64,000 nt of DNA from an uncultured Acidobacteriota bacterium (GCA_963794955.1 CAWCGF010000003.1:195915-259914); one strand, 5' to 3'; numbered from the stretch's first letter, positions 12,130 to 23,488 are shown. Notes: generated from the sequence alone by a model not told the origin. Program-made: numbers and translations.

Positions 12130-12915
12130 ATGAAAAGCAAAGCACTCTTATTGGTCTTAACATTACTGATCTCGTTCTCTATTCTGGCGCAAACAAACAA
12201 CGAACCCGCCAAAGAAGACCCGAACAAGTTTCAAGTGAAGCTGTTTGAGGTCAAACATAAAAGCCCGAATGTCTTGGTGAATGCCATCGCCGCACTAGGC
12301 AGTGGGCGTCCTAACTCACGGATTGATCCGAACGATAATCTCAAAACGATTACGGTACGCGATCTGCCGGAAAACATTGCGGCTATCGAAGTGGCGCTCA
12401 AGCGATTGGATTTGCCTGACCCCGCGCCGGTCAGTATTCAAACGCAGATTTATTTGATTTCGGCTTCAGACGACGCCGCTGAGTCCGCGCCATTTCCAAA
12501 AGAACTTGAGCCTGTGGTTACACAACTCAAAGCCACGCTGAAATACAAGAATTACCGTTTTGAGAATACCTTCCTCAATCGCGTCAATGATGGTGGCAGC
12601 GTTGAATCGAGTGGAACTTGGCAGGCTTCACCGGGCAATCCTAGCCCAAAGTTTATGAATTTTAGTTTGCGACAGGTTCGGCTTGCGACAGACAATCAAG
12701 GCAAAGAAGCCATTCGCATTGGGAAATTCAATTTTGGCTTACGTGTACCTGTGCAGATGACATCGGGTAGTAATAGCAGCGTTCAGTATCAGGACGTTGG
12801 CATCAACACTGAACTAAGCTTAAGTGAAGGGGGATTGGCCGTGGTTGGAACCGCCAATATCGGAGTCGGTGATGGTGCAATGATCGTTGTCGTGAGCGCA
12901 AAGAAGGTGAAATAG
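12130..12915 (+). CDS. secreted protein with a secretin-N-like domain
   Basis: Signal peptide; the segment FEVKHKSPNVLVNAIAALG...LKTITVRDLPENIAAIEVALKRLD resembles a secretin N-domain. There is no secretin C-domain. Confidence 0.45.
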   Translation: MKSKALLLVLTLLISFSILAQTNNEPAKEDPNKFQVKLFEVKHKSPNVLVNAIAALGSGRPNSRIDPNDNLKTITVRDLPENIAAIEVALKRLDLPDPAPVSIQTQIYLISASDDAAESAPFPKELEPVVTQLKATLKYKNYRFENTFLNRVNDGGSVESSGTWQASPGNPSPKFMNFSLRQVRLATDNQGKEAIRIGKFNFGLRVPVQMTSGSNSSVQYQDVGINTELSLSEGGLAVVGTANIGVGDGAMIVVVSAKKVK

Positions 12916-13050
12916 CCACAACCAAATATTGGTTATTCAAAAGGGCGATCTACACGGGTCGCCCTTTTGCTTTGCACTCCCCGCTGTTGCTGCGCTATAA
13001 CTTTCCCGCACAAACGTTTCCAACTCCAAAACCCGAAAGGTACGAGTAGA

Positions 13051-13932
13051 ATGCTCAAAGCCGCATTGCTTACATTCCTGATTGCCACTGTGACCCTTGC
13101 GCAACGCCCCGAAGCGCGTCCTGAACCGATTCCGCTTTGGCCGCAGGGCGCGCCGCTGGCAAAAGGTTCTGCCGTCGCTGATATTCCTACGCTCTCGATC
13201 TACAAACCGGCGCAAAATCTGACGACGGGGGCGGCGATTGTGGTTTGTCCCGGCGGCGGGTATGGTGCGCTTGCTGATCACGAAGGGCACGACTATGCAA
13301 AGTTTTTGAATAGCATCGGCATCACCGCCGCTGTGCTGAAGTACCGCGTGGCACCGTACCAGCATCCGGCCCCAATGCTGGACGCGGCGCGGGCGATTCG
13401 TTATTTGCGATCAAAAGTGGACGAACTCAAACTTGATCCGAACCGCATTGGTATTATGGGTTCGTCGGCAGGCGGGCATCTGACGGCGACAATGGCAACG
13501 CATTTTGACGACGGCGATAAAAGTGCAAGCGATCCAATTGAGCGGGTCAGTTCGCGGCCTGATGTGGCGATTCTTTGCTATCCGGTGATTACGCTCACCA
13601 ATGAAGCCTTTGTGCATAAAGGTTCGCGCAAAAATCTGTTGGGCGAAACACCGGATGCAAAGCTGGTGGAATTAATGTCGAACGAAAAGCAGGTGACGGC
13701 TAAGACACCGCCGACGTTTCTCTTTCATACGATGGATGATGCGAGCGTGCCGGTCGAAAACAGCATTCTGTTTGCCGAGGCGTTGCGCAAAAATAAAGTC
13801 CCCTACGAGATGCACATCTACGAACACGGCAGACACGGCGTCGGGTTAGCGCCGTATGACAACGCGCTCAACACCTGGCCGAAGCTTCTGGAAAATTGGC
13901 TGCGCGCGCGCGCCTTTATCAAGCAGCAATGA
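13051..13932 (+). CDS. alpha/beta hydrolase (esterase/lipase, GxSxG)
   Basis: Signal peptide, HGGG-like region (CPGGGYG) and nucleophile elbow GSSAGGH. Confidence 0.75.
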   Translation: MLKAALLTFLIATVTLAQRPEARPEPIPLWPQGAPLAKGSAVADIPTLSIYKPAQNLTTGAAIVVCPGGGYGALADHEGHDYAKFLNSIGITAAVLKYRVAPYQHPAPMLDAARAIRYLRSKVDELKLDPNRIGIMGSSAGGHLTATMATHFDDGDKSASDPIERVSSRPDVAILCYPVITLTNEAFVHKGSRKNLLGETPDAKLVELMSNEKQVTAKTPPTFLFHTMDDASVPVENSILFAEALRKNKVPYEMHIYEHGRHGVGLAPYDNALNTWPKLLENWLRARAFIKQQ

Positions 13933-14651
13933 CGCTGTCCATCGCAACTATGACATCTCTCCAGTCTAAGAATCCTGAAACCCCGGTTACGCCGACGACC
14001 CCGACGGAGTATGTCAACACGTTGGCGCATTACTATCGCGGGGAGATGGCGCGGATGCAAAGCTGGCGCGACCGTATTGATCGTACGACGAACTGGTCCA
14101 TTACCGTAGTCGCCGCGTTGTTGTCGGTGTCGCTGTCTTCGCCGCAATCGCATCACGGCGTTTTGCTCTTCGGGATGGTGTTGGTGTACTTGTTGTTGGT
14201 GATTGAATCGCGGCGCTATCGGTTTTTTGATGTCTATCGCCGTCGCGTACGGTTGATGGAGCGCAATTATTACGGGACGATTTTTACCAAAGATAATTTC
14301 AGCGAATTCGATTGGATGGGCGAACTGGGACGCGACATTCGCAATCCGCAATTTTATGTAACGCTCTATCAGGCGATGTCGCGGCGGTTGCGTCGCAATT
14401 ACATCTGGATTTTTTTGATTTTGCTGTTGGCGTGGACGCTAAAAACAACAGCTTCCCGCCTGCAACCGAATAGTGGTGAAACCGCGTTTATTCGCTCTAC
14501 CACAGAACTTTTCAGCAATGCAGGGATTGGCTACATCAAAGGTTGGATTGTAATTTTGGGCGTTATTGCATTCTATAGCTGGCTGGGCTATGTGGTGGTG
14601 AAACACAAAAAAGCTGATGGCGAACTTTCTTACAGCCCCGTCCATTTTTAG
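13929..14651 (+). CDS. hypothetical membrane protein
   Basis: ATG overlaps the upstream stop. About four TM helices. Family not recognised. Confidence 0.45.
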   Translation: MTLSIATMTSLQSKNPETPVTPTTPTEYVNTLAHYYRGEMARMQSWRDRIDRTTNWSITVVAALLSVSLSSPQSHHGVLLFGMVLVYLLLVIESRRYRFFDVYRRRVRLMERNYYGTIFTKDNFSEFDWMGELGRDIRNPQFYVTLYQAMSRRLRRNYIWIFLILLLAWTLKTTASRLQPNSGETAFIRSTTELFSNAGIGYIKGWIVILGVIAFYSWLGYVVVKHKKADGELSYSPVHF

Positions 14652-14765
14652 TCCTGCGGTACGGGGACGTGACAGCGACCAGCGCCAGCGTAAAAGGGGC
14701 TGTCTGCCCCCAGGTGTTACGTGGCTAAGCAATTATTTTGAAGTAATGAAAGGAACTTATTTACT

Positions 14766-15629
14766 ATGATCGAAGACCTCTTGAGCCTATTACCAAAAAC
14801 GGAAATCAACCGCCGGAACTTTATGGTCACTTCGTTAACGACTGGGTTCGCGCTCGCGGTGCAACCCATCAATGCGCAGGATGTGATCACCACTGATACG
14901 AACGGCATCATCGCCGGCGAAGTCAAAATCTCGACGAATCTGGGCGAAATCCCAGCCTATCACGCGATGCCCGCCAAAGGGAAAAACTTCCCGACAGTGT
15001 TAGTTGTGCAGGAAATTTTCGGCGTGCATGAACACATCAAAGACGTGTGCCGCCGCTTTGCCAAACTCGGCCACTTAGCGATTGCCCCGGAAATGTACGC
15101 ACGACAGGGCGATGTTTCCAAGCTGCAAATGCGCGACATCATGCCTGTTGTCGCCAAAGTACCGGACGCACAAGTGATGTCAGATTTGGACGCCGCCGTC
15201 ATTTGGGCAGGCAAAAACAAAGGTAATACGCAGAAGCTGGGCATTACAGGCTTTTGTTGGGGCGGACGCATCGTGTGGCTCTATGCTGCGCATAATCCCA
15301 AGGTCAAGGCCGGCGTAGCATGGTATGGGCGTTTAGTTGGCGGACAACAAGCCGCGCCCTTGCAGCCGAAACATCCGATTGATATTGCCGCAACCCTGAA
15401 AGTGCCTGTGCTAGGGCTATACGCGGGGAAAGATGGCGGTATTCCGCTGGATTCGATTGAGAAAATGAAAGCGGAACTGGCAAAGGGCAAGAGCAAATCG
15501 GAATTTGTCATTTATCCAGAAGCGCAGCACGGCTTCCACGCTGATTATCGTCCGAGCTACAAGAAAGACGATGCGCAGGATGGCTGGAAGCGGTTGCAGG
15601 CTTGGTTCAAGAAACACGGAGCCGCTTGA
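14766..15629 (+). CDS. dienelactone hydrolase family protein with Tat signal
   Basis: RRNFMV twin-arginine motif and a DLH-like fold (GFCWGG nucleophile region). Confidence 0.75.
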   Translation: MIEDLLSLLPKTEINRRNFMVTSLTTGFALAVQPINAQDVITTDTNGIIAGEVKISTNLGEIPAYHAMPAKGKNFPTVLVVQEIFGVHEHIKDVCRRFAKLGHLAIAPEMYARQGDVSKLQMRDIMPVVAKVPDAQVMSDLDAAVIWAGKNKGNTQKLGITGFCWGGRIVWLYAAHNPKVKAGVAWYGRLVGGQQAAPLQPKHPIDIAATLKVPVLGLYAGKDGGIPLDSIEKMKAELAKGKSKSEFVIYPEAQHGFHADYRPSYKKDDAQDGWKRLQAWFKKHGAA

Positions 15630-15631
15630 TT

Positions 15632-16468
15632 ATGAGCTATGCCTTTCGCATTACCGGTAAGAAGAAAATCAAACTCAAGAATTTCGATCCTGACTACGAC
15701 GCTGGGCTGACGCGCGCAGAGGTTGAAGCCAAAACGGCGGCGCTCTGCGACGAACTGCAGAAGCTGCAAGAGTTGCTGTATGCCGCCGGAGATCACAGCG
15801 TGCTCATCGTTTTGCAGGGCCGTGACACCAGCGGGAAAGACGGCACGATTCGCGTGGTGATGGGGCCGCTCAACTCGCTCGGTTGTAACGTCGCTTCCTT
15901 CAAAGTCCCGACCGCACACGAACAGGCGCACGATTTCTTATGGCGTGTACACAAAGAAACGCCGGGCCAGGGCGAAATCACGATCTTCAACCGCTCGCAT
16001 TACGAAGACGTGCTGGTGGTGCGCGTCCATCATCTGATGCCAAAGAAGGTTTGGAAACCTCGTTACGAGCACATCAATCATTTCGAGCGGCTGTTAGTTG
16101 ATGCCAACACCATTGTCCTGAAGTTTTACTTGCACATCAGCCAGGCCGAACAGGAGGAACGCTTGCTCGAACGAGAAAAAGATAAGACCAAAGCATGGAA
16201 GCTATCGGTCGGCGACTGGAAAGAACGCGAATTTTGGGACGATTATACGGCGGCGTATGAGGACGCGATCAACCGATGCAGCGCCAAACATGCGCCCTGG
16301 CATATCGTACCCGCGAACAAAAAATGGTTCCGTAACCTGGCGGTGGCGGAGGCTATCGTTGCCGCGCTCAAACCGTATAAGCAAGCGTGGCTGAAAAAGC
16401 TGGAAGCCATGGGCATAGCAGAGAAATCCTTAATTGAAGAATATCGGCGTAGCAAACACCTGGCTTAG
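15632..16468 (+). CDS. polyphosphate kinase 2 (PPK2) family phosphotransferase
   Basis: Walker A-like [11 protein letters not shown] and PPK2 lid region. ATG lies 3 nt after the upstream stop. Confidence 0.8.
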   Translation: MSYAFRITGKKKIKLKNFDPDYDAGLTRAEVEAKTAALCDELQKLQELLYAAGDHSVLIVLQGRDTSGKDGTIRVVMGPLNSLGCNVASFKVPTAHEQAHDFLWRVHKETPGQGEITIFNRSHYEDVLVVRVHHLMPKKVWKPRYEHINHFERLLVDANTIVLKFYLHISQAEQEERLLEREKDKTKAWKLSVGDWKEREFWDDYTAAYEDAINRCSAKHAPWHIVPANKKWFRNLAVAEAIVAALKPYKQAWLKKLEAMGIAEKSLIEEYRRSKHLA

Positions 16469-16729
16469 GAAGAAACTATACTTCGGCGTGATTTGCCCGT
16501 CGGAGTTTTTCGGGCCTGGCGAGCGGAAACTTCCTCAAATCTCTCGCCTCCCAAAGAACGCCGTGGTGCGATTAAAGCGAAACATTCCCCCTCTTTGCCA
16601 ACAAAACGTACTATCGTGGCAAGGCCCACAAATTGCTTTGCCTGAACACCGCTTCGTCGTTGCAGGGGAGGAACTGCCCGACAAGGCCGTCGTATTATGG
16701 CTTTTAAGATAAAGAATTGCCGCAGAAAG

Positions 16730-16920
16730 TCCCGGAGGGACGACCAGACATTAGCCCCGGATGCAATCCGGGGAACCCAGGCCAATCGCCCCACAAGCCC
16801 CGGCAGGGGCGACCGACGCCGCTTTTCTGGCGGGCGTCGGTCGCCCCTGCCGGGGCTGGGGAACTTGGCTGAACATCCCCAGGGTTGCACCCTGGGCTAA
16901 TGTCTGCTCACCCCTCCGGG
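16730..16920. repeat. nested palindromic element: an outer long-range inverted repeat enclosing three internal hairpins
   Basis: Outer arms CCCGGAGGG..CAGACATTAGCC (16731-16756) and GGCTAATGTCTG..CCCTCCGGG (16896-16920). Inner hairpins at 16756-16774, 16796-16857 (24-bp perfect stem) and 16877-16897. Confidence 0.7.
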
Positions 16921-17059
16921 GTTCCGATCGGAAAATCATTTTCTTGACCGCATAGTTGAGTTGTAGTGCCTGGAATCTGCTCTGTACAATCGCGCTTGTG
17001 GCACTGTTGGAAACGGACTTGCAGGAGTTGATTGTCAGTTGCAAAGAGAGGAGAAATCT

Positions 17060-17974
17060 ATGGATGATCTAAATTGGCCGCGCGCCAGTGCCTGGTTAGC
17101 CGGTGAACACATCGAAAATACCCTGGGCAAAGTTACTGTCATTGGTGCGCCTCTGCGACTTGGCTCAATCACGCCGGGCCGCTGTGATTTAGCACCAGAA
17201 GCGGGGCGCTCAATTCTGCATAAACTCAGTTGCTATGATCTTGAGTCGGACGCTGATTTACAGCAACTCGAAGCGCATGATCTCGGCGATTTGAATTTGG
17301 CGGGAGTGAAGTTGGAAGACGCGCTTATCCCGCTTTCGCAGGCAGTCAGAACCGCGCTCGAAACTTCTGAAGCGGTGCTGCTGCTGGGCGGCGACAATGG
17401 CGTCACGCGTCCCGGCGTGCATGGCGTTTCCAGCTTGCTCGATAATTGTGGGCTGCTGACCTTCGACGCGCATCTTGATTTGCGTGACACCAGCCACGGG
17501 TTGACGAATGGAAACCCCGTCCGCGCCTTGCTCGAAGACGGCTTACTTGGTAAGAACATTGTCCAAATCGGGCTGCAAGGTTTCGCCAATTCGCACGTCT
17601 ACGCACAGGTTGCGCGTGAGGCCGGGATCACCGTTGTAACGATGAACCAGATTCGCGCGCGTGGCATTGAGGCGGTTGTAACAGATGCGTTGACTTACTT
17701 GTCGCAACGGGTCGAAATGATTTACGTGGATTTTGATATTGACGTGCTGGATCGTATCTTTGCTCCTGCCTGTCCCGGCTCGCGTCCCGGTGGGTTAACG
17801 CCGTGGGAATTGCGTCGCGCCGCGTTTTTGTGTGGGCAGCACCCACAAGTGCGCGCGATGGATATCGTCGAAGTTGATCCGACGCAGGATATTGCAGAAG
17901 TGACCGTGTTGGTGATGGGCGCATGCTTGTTGTCGTTTGCGGCTGGCGTGGTCAATCGTTTGAAAAAAATCTGA
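17060..17974 (+). CDS. hutG: formimidoylglutamase / arginase-family hydrolase
   Basis: GAGGAG RBS. Arginase-fold metal-ligand motifs [15 protein letters not shown] and DFDIDVLD. Immediately upstream of hutI. Confidence 0.7.
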   Translation: MDDLNWPRASAWLAGEHIENTLGKVTVIGAPLRLGSITPGRCDLAPEAGRSILHKLSCYDLESDADLQQLEAHDLGDLNLAGVKLEDALIPLSQAVRTALETSEAVLLLGGDNGVTRPGVHGVSSLLDNCGLLTFDAHLDLRDTSHGLTNGNPVRALLEDGLLGKNIVQIGLQGFANSHVYAQVAREAGITVVTMNQIRARGIEAVVTDALTYLSQRVEMIYVDFDIDVLDRIFAPACPGSRPGGLTPWELRRAAFLCGQHPQVRAMDIVEVDPTQDIAEVTVLVMGACLLSFAAGVVNRLKKI

Positions 17975-19248
17975 TGCCTGAAACACTCGTAATTATTAAC
18001 TGCTCCCAACTTGTCACCCTCGCTGGTGTGGCGCGTCCGCGTATTGGTGCAGAGATGCGTGAGCTTAGCATTATTAACAATGGCGCGATGTTGATTCGTG
18101 ACGGACGCATCGCAAGCGTCGGCACGCGCGATGAAATTGAACCCTTAATCCCTCCCGCTTGCGAAATTATTGATGCGCAGCAGCGCGTCGTCTTGCCTGG
18201 CTTTGTGGACGCCCACACGCATCCTGTGTTTGCAGGCCATCGTGCGGATGAATTTGCGTTGCGGGCGAACGGGGCAAATTATCAGGAGATTGCGGCAGCG
18301 GGAGGCGGCATTCGCTCGACAGTGAGACGTACGCGCGCAGCCAGCGAAGATGAGTTGGTGCAAACCGGGAAGCGGTATGCCAATTGGTTTTTGCGCTCCG
18401 GCACGACGACGATTGAAGCGAAATCGGGTTACGGCTTGACGGTCGAAGATGAATTGAAAATGCTGCGGGCGATGCGGCGCTTGCAGGCGGAAACCGCGCT
18501 CGAATATGTACCCACATTTTTGGGCGCGCATGCCTTCCCGGATGAGTTTCAGGTGCGCCGTGATGAATATGTTAATTTGATCGTGCGGGAAATGCTGCCG
18601 CAAGTTGCTGCCGCGAATTTGGCGGATTACTGCGATGCGTTTTTTGAGCAGGGGTATTTTAACGAAGCACAGACGGTGCGTATCATGACTGCCGCCCGCG
18701 CGCACGGCTTGCAATTACGCTTGCACGCCGATCAGCTTTCGCTTTCCGGCGGGGCGCAGCTTGCCGCCAGACTTGGCGCTGTCACGGCGGATCATTTGGA
18801 ACAGACGAATACTGCGGGCATTACCGCGCTCAAGCTGGCGCAGGTGCAACCTGTGTTATTGCCTGCTTCGGTGATGATGATGGGCGTGAAAAAATACCCG
18901 GCGGCGCGCGCTATGATTGATGCAGGGTTAGCCGTTGTGCTTGCGACAGATTTCAATCCCGGTTCTGCGCCAATGCCTTCGATGTTGCTGGCGCTGACGC
19001 TGGCTTCGGCGCAAATGAAAATGACTCCTGCCGAGGCGATTACAGCAGCCACAATCAATGCTGCCTACAGCCTGGGGCGCGGTACAGCGATTGGCTCATT
19101 AGAAGCTGGCAAGCGCGCCAATTTGGTGATTCACGATTGTGCCGACTGGCGGGAGCTTGCGTATTTTGCTGGAATCGAACATCCTGTAGCCGTTTTTATT
19201 GACGGTCGTTCCATAAAAACGCACGACTTTGGACAACCTATCACTTAA
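17974..19248 (+). CDS. hutI: imidazolonepropionase
   Basis: TGATG overlap with hutG. Amidohydrolase HxH motif [11 protein letters not shown]; good match to the HutI family over its whole length. Confidence 0.85.
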   Translation: MPETLVIINCSQLVTLAGVARPRIGAEMRELSIINNGAMLIRDGRIASVGTRDEIEPLIPPACEIIDAQQRVVLPGFVDAHTHPVFAGHRADEFALRANGANYQEIAAAGGGIRSTVRRTRAASEDELVQTGKRYANWFLRSGTTTIEAKSGYGLTVEDELKMLRAMRRLQAETALEYVPTFLGAHAFPDEFQVRRDEYVNLIVREMLPQVAAANLADYCDAFFEQGYFNEAQTVRIMTAARAHGLQLRLHADQLSLSGGAQLAARLGAVTADHLEQTNTAGITALKLAQVQPVLLPASVMMMGVKKYPAARAMIDAGLAVVLATDFNPGSAPMPSMLLALTLASAQMKMTPAEAITAATINAAYSLGRGTAIGSLEAGKRANLVIHDCADWRELAYFAGIEHPVAVFIDGRSIKTHDFGQPIT

Positions 19249-19343
19249 CAATCTGTACCTTGCCAGTGAGCGATGTGGGCGTATTTCATTAACCAATCGC
19301 AGCAACACCGCGAGGGTTGCTGGTATTACTATCGGAGGAAAAT

Positions 19344-19934
19344 ATGAACATTGAGGGTTTATTAGGGCAGGTCTTGTCGGGAAATAATCTGAGCGCAATT
19401 AGCCAATCTATTGGCGCGGACGAGAGCACCACCAGTTCCGCGATTCAGGCGGCCTTACCGATGCTGGTGGGTGGTTTGGCGCGCAATGCTTCATCTGAAG
19501 GCGGTGCTTCAGCTTTGGCGGGAGCGTTAGATCGAGATCACGACGGTAGTGTGTTGGATGACATTGCTGGTTTCGTGATGGGCGGCGGTGCCCAGCAACG
19601 CAATGGCGCGGGCATTTTGGGACATGTCTTTGGCGGTCGTCAGGAAACGGTGCAGCAAACTGTGGGACAGGCAACCGGCTTAGACGCCGGTACTGTCGGG
19701 CAACTGCTCGTCACGTTGGCACCCTTGGTGATGAGCTATTTAGCCCGCCAGAAACAGGAACAGGGCTTGGATGCTGCCTCCTTAGCCGGAGCACTGGGAC
19801 AGCAGCAACAACAACTGGAATCGCAACAATCGTCTATCATGGGAATGGTTTCAGCCGCTTTGGATTCCAACCGTGATGGTTCGGTCGTAGATGATGTGAT
19901 GCGTCTAGCCGGTGGGTTTTTGAGCCGCCGGTAA
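19344..19934 (+). CDS. DUF937-like protein
   Basis: GGAGG RBS. Repeated ALDRDHDGSVLDD / LDSNRDGSVVDD motifs. Confidence 0.55.
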   Translation: MNIEGLLGQVLSGNNLSAISQSIGADESTTSSAIQAALPMLVGGLARNASSEGGASALAGALDRDHDGSVLDDIAGFVMGGGAQQRNGAGILGHVFGGRQETVQQTVGQATGLDAGTVGQLLVTLAPLVMSYLARQKQEQGLDAASLAGALGQQQQQLESQQSSIMGMVSAALDSNRDGSVVDDVMRLAGGFLSRR

Positions 19935-19952
19935 AACCAAAGTAAATAACAT

Positions 19953-20036
19953 TGGTACAGTACAAGGAGCGGTAGCGACTTGGTCAGTACATCACCTGCG
20001 CCATTCACCGAGTCGCTACCGCTCCTTGTACTGTAC
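19953..20036. repeat. perfect 27-bp inverted repeat (30-nt loop)
   Basis: GGTACAGTACAAGGAGCGGTAGCGACT at 19953-19979 and its exact reverse complement at 20010-20036. Confidence 0.85.
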
Positions 20037-20052
20037 CACGGAGAACGCCAAC

Positions 20053-21150
20053 GTGAATGCCGACAAACAAACGCGACGAGAGTTTATGAAAAAGACCGGA
20101 TTGACTATCACCAGTGCTGCACTCAGTGCTTCCACGCCTGCACAAACTGTTGCCAAAACGGGCCTCAAATTGGGCTTCGATAACTTCTCCATTCGCGCCT
20201 TTGGCTGGAAAGCGCCACAGTTGATTGAGTATGCCATTGCCCAAAAAGTGGACGTGTTGTTGATGTCCGATTTGGATGTTTATGAAAGCTTGGAGGAAAA
20301 ATATCTGAAGTCGCTCAAGGCCAAAGCCGATGCTGGCAAACTTGCCTTGCACGTCGGCACGGGCAGCATCAATCCGGGGTCACGCACGTTCGACAAAAAA
20401 CGCTGGCAGAGCGGGGAAGAGCATATCTTGCAAACGATCAAAGTGGCCAAGCTGCTCGGCTCGCCTGTTGCCCGTTGTTATCAGGGCAATGCCGAGGATC
20501 GCAAAGCGCCCGGCGGCATCGAAGCGCGCATCGCCGAGATGGTCAAGGTTTGCAAAAACGTGCGCAGCCAGGCCGTAGATGCAGGCGTCAAGATCGCTAT
20601 CGAAAACCACGCGGGCGATATGCAGGCGTGGGAATTGGCAATGCTGATCGAAGAGGCCGGCAAAGATTATGTCGGCGCGACGCTGGATTCCGGCAACGCG
20701 ACGTGGACACTGGAAGACCCGCTGGAAAACCTGAAAATCCTCGGCAAATATGCAGTGACGACCGGCCTGCGTGACTCGGTAGTCTGGGAAAATGCGGACG
20801 GCGCAATTGCCCGCTGGGCGGCAATGGGCGATGGCGTCGTAGATTGGAAACAGTACGTGCAAGCGTTTCAGACGCTGGCACCGAACTGTGCCTTTGTTCT
20901 GGAAATCATCTCGGAATTTCAAAAGCCATTGCCATATTACAAAGACGATTTCTGGCCGCCATACGCCAAAGTGCGCCCGCGCGAATTTGCCAGGTATGTG
21001 CAGATGGCACGCCACGGCAAAGAACGCCCCGCGTATGTGATGCCCAAAGGCGAAGCAGGCAAAACGGAATTGCAGGCGTATCAGAAAAGCGAATTGGAAA
21101 AGAGTCTGAAATACTGCAAAGAAGTGTTGGGTGTGGGGATGAAAAGCTGA
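20053..21150 (+). CDS. Tat-secreted sugar-phosphate isomerase/epimerase (xylose-isomerase-like TIM barrel)
   Basis: GGAGA RBS then GTG at 20053. Tat motif TRREFMKK. IAIENH motif. Confidence 0.65.
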   Translation: MNADKQTRREFMKKTGLTITSAALSASTPAQTVAKTGLKLGFDNFSIRAFGWKAPQLIEYAIAQKVDVLLMSDLDVYESLEEKYLKSLKAKADAGKLALHVGTGSINPGSRTFDKKRWQSGEEHILQTIKVAKLLGSPVARCYQGNAEDRKAPGGIEARIAEMVKVCKNVRSQAVDAGVKIAIENHAGDMQAWELAMLIEEAGKDYVGATLDSGNATWTLEDPLENLKILGKYAVTTGLRDSVVWENADGAIARWAAMGDGVVDWKQYVQAFQTLAPNCAFVLEIISEFQKPLPYYKDDFWPPYAKVRPREFARYVQMARHGKERPAYVMPKGEAGKTELQAYQKSELEKSLKYCKEVLGVGMKS

Positions 21151-21214
21151 AAGGAGGGAAGGAGCGAAGAGCGAAAAAACGCGTAGCTTCCCTCTCTCTG
21201 TCTCTCTTTCGCGC

Positions 21215-23488
21215 TTATTCCGCTTGCTCAAAATACAAGCCTTGCTGATGTCCGCAACTGTCGCAATGTAACTGCGCAATCGTCAATCTCCTGCCATCAT
21301 ACAGCGCGGTTTCTTCCCGCAGCGGCTCCTCAGGCCGCAGAAATAATTGCCCACAATGACAACGATAGTTTTGTAGATGTTGCGCCAGACGGACGCTCGG
21401 CGAAAGTTTGACTGCGACTTCTGGCGCAGAACCGCGCGGTGGGAGGGGCTTGCTACTGGGCTTGGATTTTGTCGCTTGCCAAATGACCAGCGCGGCAACC
21501 GGAATCAATAGCACCGCCCCAATTAGCGCAAGTCCTACCACCGCCGCACCAACATTGGGGGGATTTTTCACCGTTCCTTTTTGCAAGCGAATCGAGGTGG
21601 CATTGAGCGCCTTGTCCAGCGTAGCCAGATAGGTTGCCATGCTTTTCGCGGCCACGTAATCCTGCAAGGTCACAAAGCGGTATTCCAAGCGCAGGACGTT
21701 CTTCGCAAAAACTTGTTGGTAATCAAGCTGGAGCGCTTCATCCGCGATCTTGTCGGAATCATCTTCCACCTGAAATCCTGGCGGTAGGTACACTTCCATT
21801 GTCTGGACGATATGCAGCGGAAACGCGAGACGCAACGGTTGCGTGCGTTGCGGGGTCTTTGGGCGACCGAGTTGCGAATAGATAGATTCGGGATGGATGT
21901 ATTGCACGCCGTCGCGCCAGAACTCAGGGATGCGGTATTTTTCCGTGATCGTAATTGTGTTCTTGACCGGATCGTCCGCGACCTGTGGCTCCCCGTCGGC
22001 CATGACAGTAGGAAAGTCGTGGGCATAATAGTTCAGCCATTCTTTGGTTAATTCGGTAAGCGGATGCCCTGACAGATTGAACCGCATCGCATCGGCATCT
22101 TCGCCGCGATAAATGGTCACAACTTCCAACCGGGCCGGCGCGTCGAAGCTTTCGGCATGCAGCGTGTCGCGCACTTGCGTCAGCGGTTGATCGTATTGGT
22201 TGGACGGAATTTCCTGCAATCCCTGTAAACCATCTTGCAGCACTAAGGCCCGTTCGTATGGCGGGTTGTAAAGCTGCTTGAGTCCGCCGCGTTGCAGCGA
22301 TGCCGTCGCATCAACCCAATAAAGCTGGCGGTTGAAAACGACCTGCGCAATCACGTGATCGAACACGTACGGCGAGGGCTGCGACTCATCCAGCATTCGT
22401 TTCGATGCTGTATGGACAAGCGCGGGCGCGGCTTCGATGTTGAGTGCGTGCAGAATAGTCGTCAACAACAGCACCTTGTCTTTGCAATCGCCGAAGCGTT
22501 TGGCAAACACCAAAGATGGATCGTGCGGCAAATGTGAATGCGGCCCCAACTCAATGCCAAGGTAGCGAATCTCATCCTGCACGAAGCGCAACGCCGCGAT
22601 GAATTGTTCTTCCGGCGTAGCATACATTGCGCGCCATTGCGCGATTTGTTTTTGCAGCGCTGCCGACAACGGCGCTTTAACCTGATAGAGCGGAATCGCC
22701 CAGTTACGCACTTCCTCCCAACTGCCAAACTCGCTCAAATGGACATAGGGCGTCGGGAAAAACCAGCCGGGCGTGCTGTTTTCCTCTGTAATCGCCCCGA
22801 TGTTGCTGCCTTCCCACACATATTCCTGCCACTCGGCCACGGCTTTGGTGACAGGTTGCGACGTGGTGTTTTGATTCTTGAGGTGTAAGGCGCGCGCCGT
22901 CGGGTACAGCAAGCGACGATGCAGTTTAGCGACGGGAACGGACGTTGCCAGCGTGATAGTTTTATCGAATTTGCCGCCTAAAATCGGGTTCTCGCCATTG
23001 ATCGAATACGCGAAGTCCAGGATGTCTCCCACGCGCAGGTCATTGAGAATCACAATGGTTGTGAGCGTGCCATTGAAGATTTGCTCGTGGCGTTCCTCTT
23101 CGCGCGGGATGGTTTTGATTTCACTCGTCGCCAGCGCGTTGATGGTTTGTACGCCGCGTCGAATGTAGATGTAATGCAGCAGCAACTTTTGATACGACGG
23201 CTCGAAATCGAAATCCAACTGCGACACCTCCTCCAACCCCGCCGTTGTCACAACCTTTTTGGTGTGGTGATAGTAGCGTTCGACGCTTGCTCCCTGTACG
23301 CGCATTTGCAAATCCAGCAGTAGATAGGCAGTGCTGTAACCTGCTTCGGTAACATTGGGCGCGTAGGTTTGCGGCGCGATCCAACTGGGCGCAAGTGTTA
23401 TGGTGTGCCTAGCTGCCGCCAGGGCATTGGAGAGAAAGGCTAGAAAAAAGAAAGGCAGAATAAGGCTAAGCTTGGAATACAAGTGCAT
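21215..23488 (-). CDS. DUF3857-type / transglutaminase-like cysteine-protease domain protein
   Basis: Signal peptide; catalytic-Cys motif FGDCKDKV; C-terminal TM and CxxC...CxxC zinc ribbon. Confidence 0.65.
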   Translation of the reverse strand: MHLYSKLSLILPFFFLAFLSNALAAARHTITLAPSWIAPQTYAPNVTEAGYSTAYLLLDLQMRVQGASVERYYHHTKKVVTTAGLEEVSQLDFDFEPSYQKLLLHYIYIRRGVQTINALATSEIKTIPREEERHEQIFNGTLTTIVILNDLRVGDILDFAYSINGENPILGGKFDKTITLATSVPVAKLHRRLLYPTARALHLKNQNTTSQPVTKAVAEWQEYVWEGSNIGAITEENSTPGWFFPTPYVHLSEFGSWEEVRNWAIPLYQVKAPLSAALQKQIAQWRAMYATPEEQFIAALRFVQDEIRYLGIELGPHSHLPHDPSLVFAKRFGDCKDKVLLLTTILHALNIEAAPALVHTASKRMLDESQPSPYVFDHVIAQVVFNRQLYWVDATASLQRGGLKQLYNPPYERALVLQDGLQGLQEIPSNQYDQPLTQVRDTLHAESFDAPARLEVVTIYRGEDADAMRFNLSGHPLTELTKEWLNYYAHDFPTVMADGEPQVADDPVKNTITITEKYRIPEFWRDGVQYIHPESIYSQLGRPKTPQRTQPLRLAFPLHIVQTMEVYLPPGFQVEDDSDKIADEALQLDYQQVFAKNVLRLEYRFVTLQDYVAAKSMATYLATLDKALNATSIRLQKGTVKNPPNVGAAVVGLALIGAVLLIPVAALVIWQATKSKPSSKPLPPRGSAPEVAVKLSPSVRLAQHLQNYRCHCGQLFLRPEEPLREETALYDGRRLTIAQLHCDSCGHQQGLYFEQAE

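Noticed and set aside
16434-17044. Several 60-140-aa ORFs (16434-16712, 16465-16890, 16697-16900, 16751-17044, 16761-16955) in the PPK2-hutG gap
   Set aside because: They span the nested palindromic element. Reading through inverted repeats produces mutually overlapping frames on both strands with Pro/Arg/Gly-rich products. Treated as non-coding.
20380-21279. 299-aa minus-strand ORF and several Arg-rich plus-strand ORFs (20475-20774, 20844-21248) over the isomerase gene
   Set aside because: Shadow ORFs. The plus-strand frame encodes a coherent TIM-barrel protein with a Tat signal.
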